A stretch of DNA of 64,000 nucleotides from Desulfatiglandales bacterium (GTDB taxonomy: Bacteria > Desulfobacterota > DSM-4660 > Desulfatiglandales > Desulfatiglandaceae): the NCBI GenBank assembly GCA_963666345.1, contig OY762721.1, positions 1,056,001 through 1,120,000 on the forward strand. Direction: 5' to 3'. The stretch's first letter is position 1. Every line of letters starts with the position of its first letter. The notes under the pieces were generated by a model. That model did not search any database. It was not told the origin of the DNA and saw only the letters and a program-made list of their open reading frames with translations. Position numbers and translations under genes: made by a program. Shown here piece after piece: positions 8,848 to 18,678 of this stretch.

Positions 8848-10191
8848 TTATTGATTGAATCCTATCATCATCTCAGGCAGCCACAGCGCGATCTGGGGAA
8901 ACGCCATCAGTACCCCTATGCCTATCAGCTGCAGTGCTATATAGGGCACCACTCCTGAAAACATGTCGGTTATCTTTATCTCAGCCGGTACTATACCCTT
9001 CAGGTAAAAGATCGCCGGTGCCATCGGCGGGGTAAGATAGCTCGTCTGAATCACCACTAGAAAGAGTATGGAAAACCATATAGGGTCAAAACCCAGTTTG
9101 ATAACAATTGGGATAAATATAGGTACAAAGATCAAAAGCACGCTTATCCAATCAAGTAGAAATCCTGCAATAAAGGCCAGGAGCAGGAACAGAAAGATCA
9201 TTGCCCAGGGAGAAAGATTCATTGCCATAAGGAGCTGCTCCGTTACATCGCCTCCTCCCATACCGAGAAAAACTCCCGTATACATAGTGCCTCCCGTGAG
9301 TACCAGCATGATCATTGCGCTGATCCTCAAGGTGTTGATGCTTGCGCCCTTAAATGTCTCCCAGGACATCTTTCCATATATTGTTGTAAGTATGACGGCG
9401 CCAAAGGCCCCCAGTGCCGCAGCTTCTGTAGGTGCAGCCCACCCGAGCAGGATGGTTCCCATGACTGCGAATATCAGCACAAGGGGAGGCAGAAGAGAGG
9501 TCGCCGTAAGCTTAAGCTTGTCCTTTAAGGGCATACCGAATTCCTCGGCAGGCAGCCCAGGTCCGTCCTGAGGCCTGAGCATACATCTTACGATGATGTA
9601 GGTAATATACAAACTTGAAAGGAGTATGCCCGGAAAGACGGCAGCCATAAGTAAACGGCCGACGGAAAGACCTGCGGCAGGACCGTATACCACTATGACG
9701 ACACTTGGTGGTATAATAGTACCAAGCGAACCACCTGCACATATGGTACCGCATATAAGGCCCTTATTATATTTTCGCGCCAGCATGGGAGGTATGGCCA
9801 GAAGCCCTATTACCACCTCGGAGGCACCTATTATTCCTGTTGCAGCGGCAAAAATAGTACACATAATAACCGTACCGATGGCCATTCCACCCCTGAGTCT
9901 CCCTGTCCACTGTATCATGGATTCAAAAAGACGCGCTGCTATACCCGATGCCTCCAGCATTGATCCCATGAAGACGAACAGGGGAACCGCTGCCAGCACA
10001 TAGTTGTTGGCAACATCCCATACCCGGCGAATAAGCATCGCTCCAACAGCATCTCCGAAGCCAAAGATACCGAAAACCATTGACATACCCATGAGAGAAA
10101 AGGCCACAGGAAAACCAAGGAAAATGCACATCAATACGCCCGGGAACATCAACAAAACGAAATAGTCAGAATTAGTCAATGCTTCGATCAT
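8848..10191 (-). CDS. dctM: TRAP transporter large permease
   Basis: LAAVPLFVFMG, GGSLGTIIPPS, APTEAAALG and YLTPPMA motifs. Confidence 0.92.
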   Translation of the reverse strand: MIEALTNSDYFVLLMFPGVLMCIFLGFPVAFSLMGMSMVFGIFGFGDAVGAMLIRRVWDVANNYVLAAVPLFVFMGSMLEASGIAARLFESMIQWTGRLRGGMAIGTVIMCTIFAAATGIIGASEVVIGLLAIPPMLARKYNKGLICGTICAGGSLGTIIPPSVVIVVYGPAAGLSVGRLLMAAVFPGILLSSLYITYIIVRCMLRPQDGPGLPAEEFGMPLKDKLKLTATSLLPPLVLIFAVMGTILLGWAAPTEAAALGAFGAVILTTIYGKMSWETFKGASINTLRISAMIMLVLTGGTMYTGVFLGMGGGDVTEQLLMAMNLSPWAMIFLFLLLAFIAGFLLDWISVLLIFVPIFIPIVIKLGFDPIWFSILFLVVIQTSYLTPPMAPAIFYLKGIVPAEIKITDMFSGVVPYIALQLIGIGVLMAFPQIALWLPEMMIGFNQ

Positions 10192-10712
10192 ATCTCTTTT
10201 CCTCTCACAAGCAGGACAAAGCTTCTTATAAATTCAGCAAACCCTTGAAGTAGCAGCAGAAAAAATCCGACACCCATAAGGCTCTTAAAGGGCCAAAGAA
10301 TCGGCTGCCAGGGTGTAAACTGGGAGACTTCTTTAATTTCATAGGCATCCTTGGCCATATCGATGGCACTTATCAGGAGTATCACCATAACAGGGAAAAA
10401 AATAAAGAGATAGCCCGCCACGTCTATAAAGGCCCTCCCCCTTAAAGGAAATTTCATATAGACAAGATCTATCCTGATATGTCCTTTAACGCGGAGGGTA
10501 TACGCGGCACCAAGGAGAAAGTGCGCGCCGTAGATCATATAGGTTATATCGTAGGACCATATAGTGGGCCTGTGAAAGACATAGCGGGCAACGACCTCGT
10601 AGATGAGGGCCACTATCATCGGAACCGCTATCAAACCCACGGCCCTGCCCGTTTTGTCGCTGATCGTATCAATAATGCTAAGAAGCCTGGAAAGCCTGTT
10701 CATCGGCACCAC
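10188..10712 (-). CDS. dctQ: TRAP transporter small permease
   Basis: EVVARYVF.RPTIW and GHIRID motifs; 4-nt overlap with dctM. Confidence 0.9.
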   Translation of the reverse strand: MVPMNRLSRLLSIIDTISDKTGRAVGLIAVPMIVALIYEVVARYVFHRPTIWSYDITYMIYGAHFLLGAAYTLRVKGHIRIDLVYMKFPLRGRAFIDVAGYLFIFFPVMVILLISAIDMAKDAYEIKEVSQFTPWQPILWPFKSLMGVGFFLLLLQGFAEFIRSFVLLVRGKEI

Positions 10713-10728
10713 CTTTGAGCATAGGTTG

Positions 10729-10755
10729 GCCGGGCGACCATGAAGGTCACCCGGC
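10729..10755 (-). terminator. Stem-loop between dctP and dctQ
   Basis: GCCGGGCGACC-ATGAA-GGTCACCCGGC. Confidence 0.55.
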
Positions 10756-10765
10756 TTTGTTATTT

Positions 10766-11836
10766 TCAGTCAAGATACTGGAAATATCTGATATCTCCCA
10801 CCTGCTTCCATTCCTTTTCAAAGTTGTTCTGGGATTCCATCACCTTCTTGAACCAGGCATTGTCTGCCGCATGTTTTGAAGCCCACTGTTTACCCATCTC
10901 ATGGCACCTGGTCTGGGTTTCCGGAGACAGATGAATGATCTCGTTTCCAGTCTTTCTGAACTCCTCCATGGCACCCATGTCCAGTTTTCCGATTTTGTAC
11001 CAGGAGGTAAATGTGGTCAGCTCGGCCGACTGCTCAATAATTGATTTGAGATCATCGGGAAGGCTGTCCCATTTCTTCTTGTTAATAACCAGCTCAAAGG
11101 GTGCGCTTGGCTGGTGGGCACCTGGGACAATTACATACTTGGCAATCTCATGAAAACCGCTTATCACGTTCTCTCCGGGAGTCGCCCATTCCGTACAGTC
11201 GATCACTTTTCTTTCCAAAGCCTGATAGACTTCGGCTCCCGGCAGAGAGACCGTGGAACCTCCTAAGGTAGGAAGTATCTGAGCCCATGCACCGACTGTT
11301 CTCATCTTAAGACCCTTGAAATCGTCAAGGGTCCTGATCGGCTTATGGGAGTGTGCAAATGCCTCGGGTGGACGAATACCGCAGGGAAATGCCACTACGC
11401 CGAATTTGTCGAGCCTGAATTCATTCCAGAGCTTTTTCCCACCACCTGTATAGAGCCAATGCATCATCGGAACCGATTCCATTCCCCCTGCATATCCCCC
11501 TAGTATCGCGGTAGTCGCATCACGGCCGATGTCGTAGCCTGGCCAGGAATGGCCCATTTCGGCAATGCCCTTCGCGACAGTATCAGTTACCTCGAGGGCC
11601 GGTGCGATTGAGCCGCCTGGAAGGACCTGCACCTTAATCCTGCCGCCAGACATTGCCTCCACATTATTGGCAAAAACTTCTGCCATGTCAGTGTAAAGAG
11701 GAATACCCGAAGGCCAGGCAGTTGCAAGTCTCCACTTGTAGGTCTTTGCAATTGCCGGAGCGCTGAGCATAAAGATACCTACGGTCAAAATCAAAAAAAC
11801 GACTAAAACCTTATTCAATCTAGAGTCCATTTTCAT
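10766..11836 (-). CDS. dctP: TRAP transporter substrate-binding protein
   Basis: Signal peptide; WRLATAWP, DDFKGLKMR and LPGAEVYQALERKVID motifs. Confidence 0.9.
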   Translation of the reverse strand: MKMDSRLNKVLVVFLILTVGIFMLSAPAIAKTYKWRLATAWPSGIPLYTDMAEVFANNVEAMSGGRIKVQVLPGGSIAPALEVTDTVAKGIAEMGHSWPGYDIGRDATTAILGGYAGGMESVPMMHWLYTGGGKKLWNEFRLDKFGVVAFPCGIRPPEAFAHSHKPIRTLDDFKGLKMRTVGAWAQILPTLGGSTVSLPGAEVYQALERKVIDCTEWATPGENVISGFHEIAKYVIVPGAHQPSAPFELVINKKKWDSLPDDLKSIIEQSAELTTFTSWYKIGKLDMGAMEEFRKTGNEIIHLSPETQTRCHEMGKQWASKHAADNAWFKKVMESQNNFEKEWKQVGDIRYFQYLD

Positions 11837-12333
11837 ACCTCCTTGATTTGGGCTAAAGGGTTCCTTGTTTTATTTTGATTCCCCATATAAAAGCAGGCAC
11901 AAACAACTACAACAGGTGCATCGGCATCTTTAGATCATCCTTGAGGCCTGTCTTGAAATCATAAAGTCCCTATAAAGGCATTACTGTAAATCTTCAGGTT
12001 AAAAGACCGAAAAAAGCGAATAATAATTACAAAAGAGCTTCTTATACGATAATCTTCTGAACAACGCCATTAAGGCTTATAATGTTTTTTTATAATACTT
12101 TTTATCGAAATGGTTAATGAGGATCTATTTACAGCAGTCGCTTGGATGAAATTGTAAGGAAACTTCTTTTTTAACGTGAAGAGGGATTTACCCATCAATG
12201 AATCAATTACGAATTCAGATATTCTTTGCTCGATTAGACTGCTGAAGTAAATTTGAGGACATAAACACAAATAGCATGATATATCTTTATCTGTCAAAGA
12301 TAGAGTGCCAAGCGGTCTGGAATTATCTTTTCT

Positions 12334-12366
12334 GGCGGCATCCTCGATTTTATCGAGAATACCGCC
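12334..12366 (-). terminator. Stem-loop after the corrinoid gene; a diverged copy lies near 5654-5685
   Basis: GGCGGCATCCTCGAT-TTT-ATCGAGAATACCGCC. No clear U-tract on the minus strand. Confidence 0.5.
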
Positions 12367-12373
12367 GCATCAA

Positions 12374-13015
12374 CTAATTGTGTGAAACAAGCCTTCTTGC
12401 CACCTCTACGGCCTGGCCCGCGTCGGCACCATAGCCGTCCGCGCCTATTTTTTCAGCCCATTCCGCATTCACCGGCGCTCCGCCCACCATTATCTTTATG
12501 CTGTCCCTAAGGCCGTTTTCGTTCAACGCGTCAATAAGCTTCTTTATCTCAGGCATGGTTGTCGTAAGAAGCGCGGAAAGCCCCAATATATCAGGCTTTA
12601 CACTCTTTACCTGCTCAATGACCTTTTCAGCCGTCAGATCAACACCCAGGTCAATAACGTCAAAACCCGCACCCTGGAGCATCATGATCACAAGGTTCTT
12701 GCCTATGTCATGGATATCCCCTTTCACGGTGCACATTATGATCTTACCCTTCGTCTCCTTATCACCTTCCTGAATCAGGGCGTTTACTATATCAATGCCC
12801 TTTTTCATGGTAACCGCTGAAACAAGCATCTCAGGCACATAGATCTCATTGTTCGAATACTTCTGCCCCACCACGTCCATTGCACCGATCATGGCGTCAT
12901 TTATGATCTTATCCAGCTCCACCTTGTCTTCTATGGCCGCGTTTACAAGCCCTTCGATCTCATTGTGCTTTCCGCCTATAATAGCTTCTTTTATCATTTC
13001 CAGATGTTCCGCCAT
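12374..13015 (-). CDS. Corrinoid (cobalamin-binding) protein, MtaC/MtbC family, copy B
   Basis: DxHxxG (GDIHDIG) motif, cap plus Rossmann domain. Confidence 0.9.
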   Translation of the reverse strand: MAEHLEMIKEAIIGGKHNEIEGLVNAAIEDKVELDKIINDAMIGAMDVVGQKYSNNEIYVPEMLVSAVTMKKGIDIVNALIQEGDKETKGKIIMCTVKGDIHDIGKNLVIMMLQGAGFDVIDLGVDLTAEKVIEQVKSVKPDILGLSALLTTTMPEIKKLIDALNENGLRDSIKIMVGGAPVNAEWAEKIGADGYGADAGQAVEVARRLVSHN

Positions 13016-13032
13016 TTCTTTATCTCCCCCTT

Positions 13033-14136
13033 CTATCTGTTAATAGGGTATTTCCCGTAGTTTTCAGTCGCCTTAAGCATTGCGATGAAGTTGTCAAAAT
13101 TTCCCCAGTCCGTGACCGAATTGCCGGCCGCGACACAATAACCGCCTTTGGGCCCCATCGTCTCGATCAGGTATTTTACCCTGGCATCGATCTCTTCAGG
13201 CGTGGCGCTTCTCAGCAGTTCGTTTGAGACGTTGCCGGCAAAGGCAAGCCTGTCACCATATTTTTCCTTTGTGGCCTTCATGCTCATACATGTCGGGTCT
13301 ATCGGGTGAAGCAGATCACTGCCTATATCAATGATATCCTCCATCAGGGGATTGAGATCCCCATCCGAGTGCTGAAACACAAGCACATTGTTGTCATGAC
13401 ATTTTTTTGCTATCTTCTTATACCATGGAAAAATAAATTTCCTGTAATGATCAGGGGAAATTATCGGCCCGTTTCCAAATGCAAGGTCGTCCACCAGCCA
13501 CACTATGCCCACATAAGGAAGCTCAAATATCTTATCAAGCATCATGAGCTGTATCTCGGCCACCTTCCCGAACACATCCGATACGAGCTGCTCGTCCAGT
13601 ATGAGCTTTGTGGCAAAATTGTTAAATCCCATGAGCATCCACGTGAGGGTAAAGATCTTTCCGGAGTTCGCGATCACCTTCATGCCTTCGGGAAGGTATT
13701 CTCCGACCTCAAACAAGGGGTTCATCAATTCAGGTTTTTCAAGTTCTTCCCAGGGAAAATTCTCAAAGTCCTTTCTATCGTTTATGAAGCTCGTATACTC
13801 CAGGCTCCACTTTGTCATGTCCTCCTTGTCTGAGTCATCTTTCAGCATCCTGTCCCTGATAACCTTGGAAATGGGAGAGGCGTCATCCACCTTGCCGAAT
13901 GCCATGGCGCTCACGGTAATAGGCACCGTGTCATATCCCGCATTATAATAAAATTCCACCTGGGACTTGATATCATCCGATTTCACCTCACGGCCCAGGA
14001 ACTGACTTTGAACAGGATACTCGACAAGACACTCAATAACCGGCACTCTGTCAGGCTCCTCGTGATTGACCGTTTTCTTGATCCTTTCAAAATCAGGGCT
14101 TGGCTTTCTCAAGCCGTAATCTCTATAATCAGCCAT
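13033..14136 (-). CDS. Uroporphyrinogen decarboxylase-fold (MtaA/CmuA-like) methyltransferase
   Basis: EEPDRVP, DDLAFG.GP.ISP, QHSDG, HPIDP, AGNV and GGY.V.AGNS motifs; adjacent to the corrinoid gene. Confidence 0.82.
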   Translation of the reverse strand: MADYRDYGLRKPSPDFERIKKTVNHEEPDRVPVIECLVEYPVQSQFLGREVKSDDIKSQVEFYYNAGYDTVPITVSAMAFGKVDDASPISKVIRDRMLKDDSDKEDMTKWSLEYTSFINDRKDFENFPWEELEKPELMNPLFEVGEYLPEGMKVIANSGKIFTLTWMLMGFNNFATKLILDEQLVSDVFGKVAEIQLMMLDKIFELPYVGIVWLVDDLAFGNGPIISPDHYRKFIFPWYKKIAKKCHDNNVLVFQHSDGDLNPLMEDIIDIGSDLLHPIDPTCMSMKATKEKYGDRLAFAGNVSNELLRSATPEEIDARVKYLIETMGPKGGYCVAAGNSVTDWGNFDNFIAMLKATENYGKYPINR

Positions 14137-14218
14137 ACAATTTTCCTCCTAAATTAACCTGAAATATACAGGGTAATATTCCCCGTGATAAAAGGACATC
14201 CCTATCGGCTCAGGGACA

Positions 14219-15289
14219 TCACAATGTTATCGGATAAAGCCCGTATCTGAAGGCGGCGGCACGCATGGCCATATAATTTTCAAACTTTGACCACTCCGCC
14301 ACCGAGTTGCCGGAGCAGACCATATAACCTCCGCCGGGAGCAACATGCTTGATAAGGTATTTTACCCTTTCCTCTATTTCAATCGGTGTTCCGCTTCGCA
14401 ACAACTCGTTGGCCACGTTGCCGGCAAGGGCAAGGCGGTCCCCGAATTCCTCTTTCACCTTTGCAATATCCATACAGGTAGGATCGATCGGGTGCAGGAG
14501 ATCCGTCCCGATGTCTATTATATCACTCATGAGTTCGGTCAGATCACCGTCTGTGTGCTGAAAAACGAGGATGTCATTTTCATGGCATCTCTTCGCGATC
14601 TCCTTGTACCAGGGAAACACATGCTTCCTGAATGCCTCGGGAGATATCATGGGACCGCTTCCGAAAGCAAGATCATCCACCAGCCATACCGCACCCACAT
14701 GAGACATCTTGAATATCTCTTCAAGGCACTTGAACTGGATCTCAGCCACCTTTCGAAAAACATCGGCAACCAGATCCTCTTCAATAATGAGCTTGGTGGC
14801 AAAATTGTTAAACCCCATGAGCATCCATGTCAGGGTGAATATCTTCCCGGACAGGGCCACCACCTTCATTTTTTCAGGCAGGATTTCCTTTATATCGTGG
14901 AATTTACTGAAATCAAGTTTTCCCAGTATGTCCCAGGGGAATCTCTCGAAATCCTCCCTGTCGTTTATAAAATGGGTATGTTCAAGATTCCATGCATCCT
15001 CATCATCCTTTTCAGATCCCTTGAGCATGTGCTCTTTTATCACCTTCGATATTGCCGATTCCTCGGTAACCTTGCCTGGCGACATCATCCCGACCGTCAA
15101 GGGGATATAATCATATCCCGCGCCTACCCAGAACTCGAGCTGCGCCTCAAGATCGTCCTCCTTCACCTCTCTTCCGAGGAATTGGCTTTGAATCGGGTAA
15201 TCCACCAGGACTTCTATTAAAGGAACCCTGTCAGGTTCTTCATGCCTCACGGTTTTTCTTATTCTCTCAAAATCCGGTCTGGTATCCAT
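14219..15289 (-). CDS. Uroporphyrinogen decarboxylase-fold methyltransferase (paralog of 13033-14136)
   Basis: Shares SGKIFTLTWMLMGFNNFATKLI, QHTDG and DLLHPIDPTCM with its neighbour. Confidence 0.82.
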   Translation of the reverse strand: MDTRPDFERIRKTVRHEEPDRVPLIEVLVDYPIQSQFLGREVKEDDLEAQLEFWVGAGYDYIPLTVGMMSPGKVTEESAISKVIKEHMLKGSEKDDEDAWNLEHTHFINDREDFERFPWDILGKLDFSKFHDIKEILPEKMKVVALSGKIFTLTWMLMGFNNFATKLIIEEDLVADVFRKVAEIQFKCLEEIFKMSHVGAVWLVDDLAFGSGPMISPEAFRKHVFPWYKEIAKRCHENDILVFQHTDGDLTELMSDIIDIGTDLLHPIDPTCMDIAKVKEEFGDRLALAGNVANELLRSGTPIEIEERVKYLIKHVAPGGGYMVCSGNSVAEWSKFENYMAMRAAAFRYGLYPITL

Positions 15290-15354
15290 TTTCTATTTCC
15301 TTTCGACTCTGCACGATAACCGAATTAACGGATTTTTACAAATTCCAACTCAAA

Positions 15355-16686
15355 TCAGAATATCTTGTTTGGAAGCCATGTAACCAATTCGGGGAAAACA
15401 CACATTATAAAGAGTGCCAGCATCTGCAGACCCAGGAAAATAAAGGTCGCCTTATAGAGCTGGGCTATCGGTATCTCCAGTCCCGATTCCTTTGCCACCC
15501 CTTTCACGTAGAATGCCGCATAGGCAAACGGGGGTGAAAGATATGACGCCTGAATCATAACCGCAAACATGATGGCAAACCAGATCGGATCAAAACCCAG
15601 TTTGTAGACAATAGGCGTAAAGACCGGTATGCCTATCAGCAGAACACCGTAGCAGTCTATAAACATTCCCATCACGAGCAGTATGAAAAGTATCACTATT
15701 ATAACGATCCATCTGCTTACATCAAGATTGCTCACGACCTGATTTATCAGATCTCCCCCTCCGAGTCCCAGAAACACTGCGGTAAACATCGACGCACCCA
15801 TGATGATCCACATTATCATGGCGTTCGTCTTCATGGTAAGATAGCAGCACTCCTTGATCATGCCCCAGGTAAACTTCCGGTTGCCTATTGCAACCCCGGC
15901 CGCTCCTACACACCCGAGGGCCGCAGCTTCGGTAGGTGTGGCCCAGCCGAGCATGATTGAACCGAGCACCACAAATATCAGGGTGGTGGTTGGAAGGACT
16001 GATTTCAGTATCATCATGACCTTTTCCCTGGAGCTGTATTGTGCGGCCACCTTGGGATCCACGGCCGGGGCGGAGTCAGGATGGATGACGACTCTTAAGA
16101 TTATATACCCGAGATACAGACCGGCAAGTAAAAGGCCCGGTCCCACACCTCCGGCAAAAAGCTTGCCGATCGATATCTGCGCCTGGGCCCCGTATATGAC
16201 AAGTATTATGCTTGGAGGGATTATCGTTCCCAGACAGCCTGAGGCCATAATCGTCCCGGTTGCCAGATCCATGTCGTATTTATGCTTCATCATGGAGGGA
16301 AGCGCCAGCATGGTCATCAGGGTAATGGAGGCCCCTATGATCCCGCTTGCCGCGGCAAGCAGAGTGCACATTACAACCGTGGCGATTGCAAGCCCGCCCC
16401 TGATTTTTCCAAGGACTATATACATCGAACCGAAAAGGTTTTCAGCGGCTCCGGAGCGTTCCAGTATGGTGCCCATGAAGATAAACAAAGGCACGGAAAC
16501 GTATACTATGCTGCTACAGGTACTTGTAGCACTCCGCATAAAAAGGTTAAGCGCCCCGGGATTACCCCACAGGGTCGCCGCAAAAAGCACGGCCAGCCCG
16601 CCCAGCGTAAAGGCAAGCGGATGGCCCATAAGCAGAACTATTAAAAAGATAACGCCAACAATTAACAGCGACTCTAAAGGTGTCAT
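15355..16686 (-). CDS. dctM: TRAP transporter large permease
   Basis: VPLFIFMG, GCLGTIIPPS, ATPTEAAALG and YLSPPF motifs. Confidence 0.92.
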   Translation of the reverse strand: MTPLESLLIVGVIFLIVLLMGHPLAFTLGGLAVLFAATLWGNPGALNLFMRSATSTCSSIVYVSVPLFIFMGTILERSGAAENLFGSMYIVLGKIRGGLAIATVVMCTLLAAASGIIGASITLMTMLALPSMMKHKYDMDLATGTIMASGCLGTIIPPSIILVIYGAQAQISIGKLFAGGVGPGLLLAGLYLGYIILRVVIHPDSAPAVDPKVAAQYSSREKVMMILKSVLPTTTLIFVVLGSIMLGWATPTEAAALGCVGAAGVAIGNRKFTWGMIKECCYLTMKTNAMIMWIIMGASMFTAVFLGLGGGDLINQVVSNLDVSRWIVIIVILFILLVMGMFIDCYGVLLIGIPVFTPIVYKLGFDPIWFAIMFAVMIQASYLSPPFAYAAFYVKGVAKESGLEIPIAQLYKATFIFLGLQMLALFIMCVFPELVTWLPNKIF

Positions 16687-17189
16687 AAGTCAGTTCCTTT
16701 TATCACGAAGTGTACATCTCTTATCCATTTGGCCAGACCCTGAATGGCAAGAAGAATAAAACTCAGGGCTATCACTATTTTCAGGGGATAGAGCGGCGGC
16801 GCCCACATGCTGAAGGTGCGCTCCAGGATACCGACTGAATAGACGGCCTTTTTGATTGAGTACCAGACCATAACGCCCGTGAAGCTGAAAAAGATCGTGG
16901 AAAAGAAAAAGATGTCAAAGATAGCCTGCCATTTGCGGGAGAGATGTCCATAAATGAGATCGGTGCGGACATGTTTGTCGTCCTTTAGGACCCATGCCCC
17001 GCCCATCACGAACATACCGCCGGCAGTAAGGGCGGCCAGTTCCCAGGACCATTCGGTGGGAGAATTAAAGACATACCGCCTGAGGACTTCCACCGCTTCA
17101 AGCAGCGTCACCGGCAGTAACAGATAGCTGAAGACTTTTCCGGAAAACTCGCTCAGCCAGTCTGCAAAACTCACATATTTTTTAAGCAT
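16683..17189 (-). CDS. dctQ: TRAP transporter small permease
   Basis: EVLRRYVFNSPTEW and HVRTD motifs. Start trimmed to MLKKYV. Confidence 0.85.
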   Translation of the reverse strand: MLKKYVSFADWLSEFSGKVFSYLLLPVTLLEAVEVLRRYVFNSPTEWSWELAALTAGGMFVMGGAWVLKDDKHVRTDLIYGHLSRKWQAIFDIFFFSTIFFSFTGVMVWYSIKKAVYSVGILERTFSMWAPPLYPLKIVIALSFILLAIQGLAKWIRDVHFVIKGTDL

Positions 17190-17222
17190 GCCAGACCCAT
17201 GGCCTCCATTTTTTGATTCAAG

Positions 17223-17259
17223 CCGGGGCCGCTGAGATACCAAGATCCCGCGGCCCCGG
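17223..17259 (-). terminator. GC-rich stem-loop between dctP and dctQ
   Basis: CCGGGGCCGC...GCGGCCCCGG 10-bp stem. Confidence 0.55.
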
Positions 17260-17280
17260 GTTTAATGTCTTAAAAGATAA

Positions 17281-18375
17281 TTATTGTCTGCTTCCCGGCT
17301 CAAAACCCATCTGTTCCTCAGGTTCCAGCTTCTGTCCCCACCATGCGCTTATCGATTTGTAGGGATACCATATTTCCATAAAGTCATAGATCGATTCATA
17401 TGCCTCTTTTGTAAGGCCTTTGTATTTCTTGATATCCTTCTGTTCGATCTCGAACATCTGCTTTCTCAGCGGAACAAACTGTTTTTCGTCCATCCTCATG
17501 AAGTCCATTTTGCCTTTTTTCTTGAGCTCCTTCATGGCAACCGCACTCGTCCACTGGCTCTTTGTCCAGTGGTTGAATTCATCCGACCTGAAGGCCATCT
17601 GAACAATGAGTTTCAGATCTTCAGGAAGCTTTTTCCAGTAATCTTTGTTGATCACGACAGTCGTAACAAAATGCACATTCCAGAAGTCGGGCCATATACC
17701 ATATTTGGCGACATCTGTAAGCCCGAGTCCCTCATTGTATTTCAGGTGCCCGAATTCGGCCATATCCACTGTGCCGGTGGCAAGCCCTGTAAACACCTCT
17801 TCAAGCGGCAGGGTGATACCTGCAACATTGTTCTTTGCAAGCAGGCGGGGATCGGACGTCCTCATCTTTCTTCCCTTCATCTCCTCAATGCTCTTAAAGG
17901 GCTTGTTCGCCATAAGGACCTCTGTTCCCCAGATTTCAACAGCCAGAAGCTTCAGGTTAAGCTTGTCAAATGCCTTCTGAAGGATATCCCAGCCACCGAA
18001 TTCATACATCCATACGTATCTGTCGTGGACATCCATCTGCAGATTCCCTGAAGAACAGGGAAGAAAGGCATATTCCACTCCTCTGGCATATACAGGCCAG
18101 CTTGAATGCATCTCGAATACGCCCTCGCCGCATGCCTGAAATGCCTCAAGACTTGAAACGATCGTGCCGTTCGGAACCACATTGATCTTGAGCCTGCCGT
18201 TTGTGGCCTTAAAAATCTTCTCCGCCGTCTTTTGATTCTGGATAAAATCAGTATGCGCAGGACTGTGGATCACCTGCATCTTCCATTCAAACTCAGGTTT
18301 GTCCGCAGCAATGACATTTGCCGCAAAAAAAACACTCATCAAAACCGCAACCGATAAAACACCTATTTTTCTCAT
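17281..18375 (-). CDS. dctP: TRAP transporter substrate-binding protein
   Basis: Start trimmed to MRKIGVL (AGGAGG SD); signal peptide; EEMKGRKMR and LPLEEVFTGLATGTVD motifs. Confidence 0.85.
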   Translation of the reverse strand: MRKIGVLSVAVLMSVFFAANVIAADKPEFEWKMQVIHSPAHTDFIQNQKTAEKIFKATNGRLKINVVPNGTIVSSLEAFQACGEGVFEMHSSWPVYARGVEYAFLPCSSGNLQMDVHDRYVWMYEFGGWDILQKAFDKLNLKLLAVEIWGTEVLMANKPFKSIEEMKGRKMRTSDPRLLAKNNVAGITLPLEEVFTGLATGTVDMAEFGHLKYNEGLGLTDVAKYGIWPDFWNVHFVTTVVINKDYWKKLPEDLKLIVQMAFRSDEFNHWTKSQWTSAVAMKELKKKGKMDFMRMDEKQFVPLRKQMFEIEQKDIKKYKGLTKEAYESIYDFMEIWYPYKSISAWWGQKLEPEEQMGFEPGSRQ

Positions 18376-18497
18376 CCTTCCTACCTCCTTTAATGGATTA
18401 TTTTTTTGCCATTCACCTGCTGAATACAAAGAGGATAGCTGCGAACCTATTTCCAATACATGAATTCGCCTTACAGTGATTAAACGGATAAAGATAT

Positions 18498-18513
18498 TGC
18501 AATACAGGTGCCG
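18498..18513 (-). promoter_or_regulatory. sigma54 (-24/-12) promoter for the TRAP-methyltransferase operon
   Basis: Minus strand CGGCAC-CTGTA-TTGCA; adjacent to a bEBP gene. Confidence 0.8.
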
Positions 18514-18541
18514 CATTACCTGCGAGCATGCACAAAATCCT

Positions 18542-18554
18542 TAACTTATTGATA
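18542..18554 (-). promoter_or_regulatory. IHF site between promoter and enhancer
   Basis: TATCAA-TAAG-TTA matches WATCAANNNNTTR. Confidence 0.65.
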
Positions 18555-18630
18555 TAATGGTGATTAGGTATTAGATAAAATCGAATCGACAAATTCTGAA
18601 GACAAATAACTGGGGATTAAAAAGGCAATG

Positions 18631-18678
18631 TGCACCTAACGGTTCACCTGTCAGTGCATATTGCACCAATAGGTTCAC
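18631..18678. promoter_or_regulatory. Tandem upstream activator (bEBP) sites
   Basis: TGCACC-N4-GGTTCAC at 18631 and 18662, 31 bp apart. Confidence 0.65.

Noticed and set aside
11837..12300. Cobalamin riboswitch in leaders of the B12-related genes (also checked 4120-4490 and 47350-47700)
   Set aside because: No B12-box or GGGAA/GCCACTG core elements were recognised by eye. An Rfam scan would be definitive.
12295..12310. Minus-strand TGGCAC upstream of the second dctP as a sigma54 promoter
   Set aside because: No TTGC at -12 (reads TGGCAC-TCTAT-CTTTG). An overlapping TTGACA suggests sigma70 instead.
13033..15289. True heme-pathway HemE
   Set aside because: Multiple paralogs beside corrinoid proteins and TRAP transporters, with no other tetrapyrrole genes.
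14345..16759. Long plus-strand ORFs (291 and 301 aa) and similar ones at 36109-37005, 37922-38635 and 50726-51508
   Set aside because: Antisense shadows of well-supported minus-strand genes with no protein motifs.
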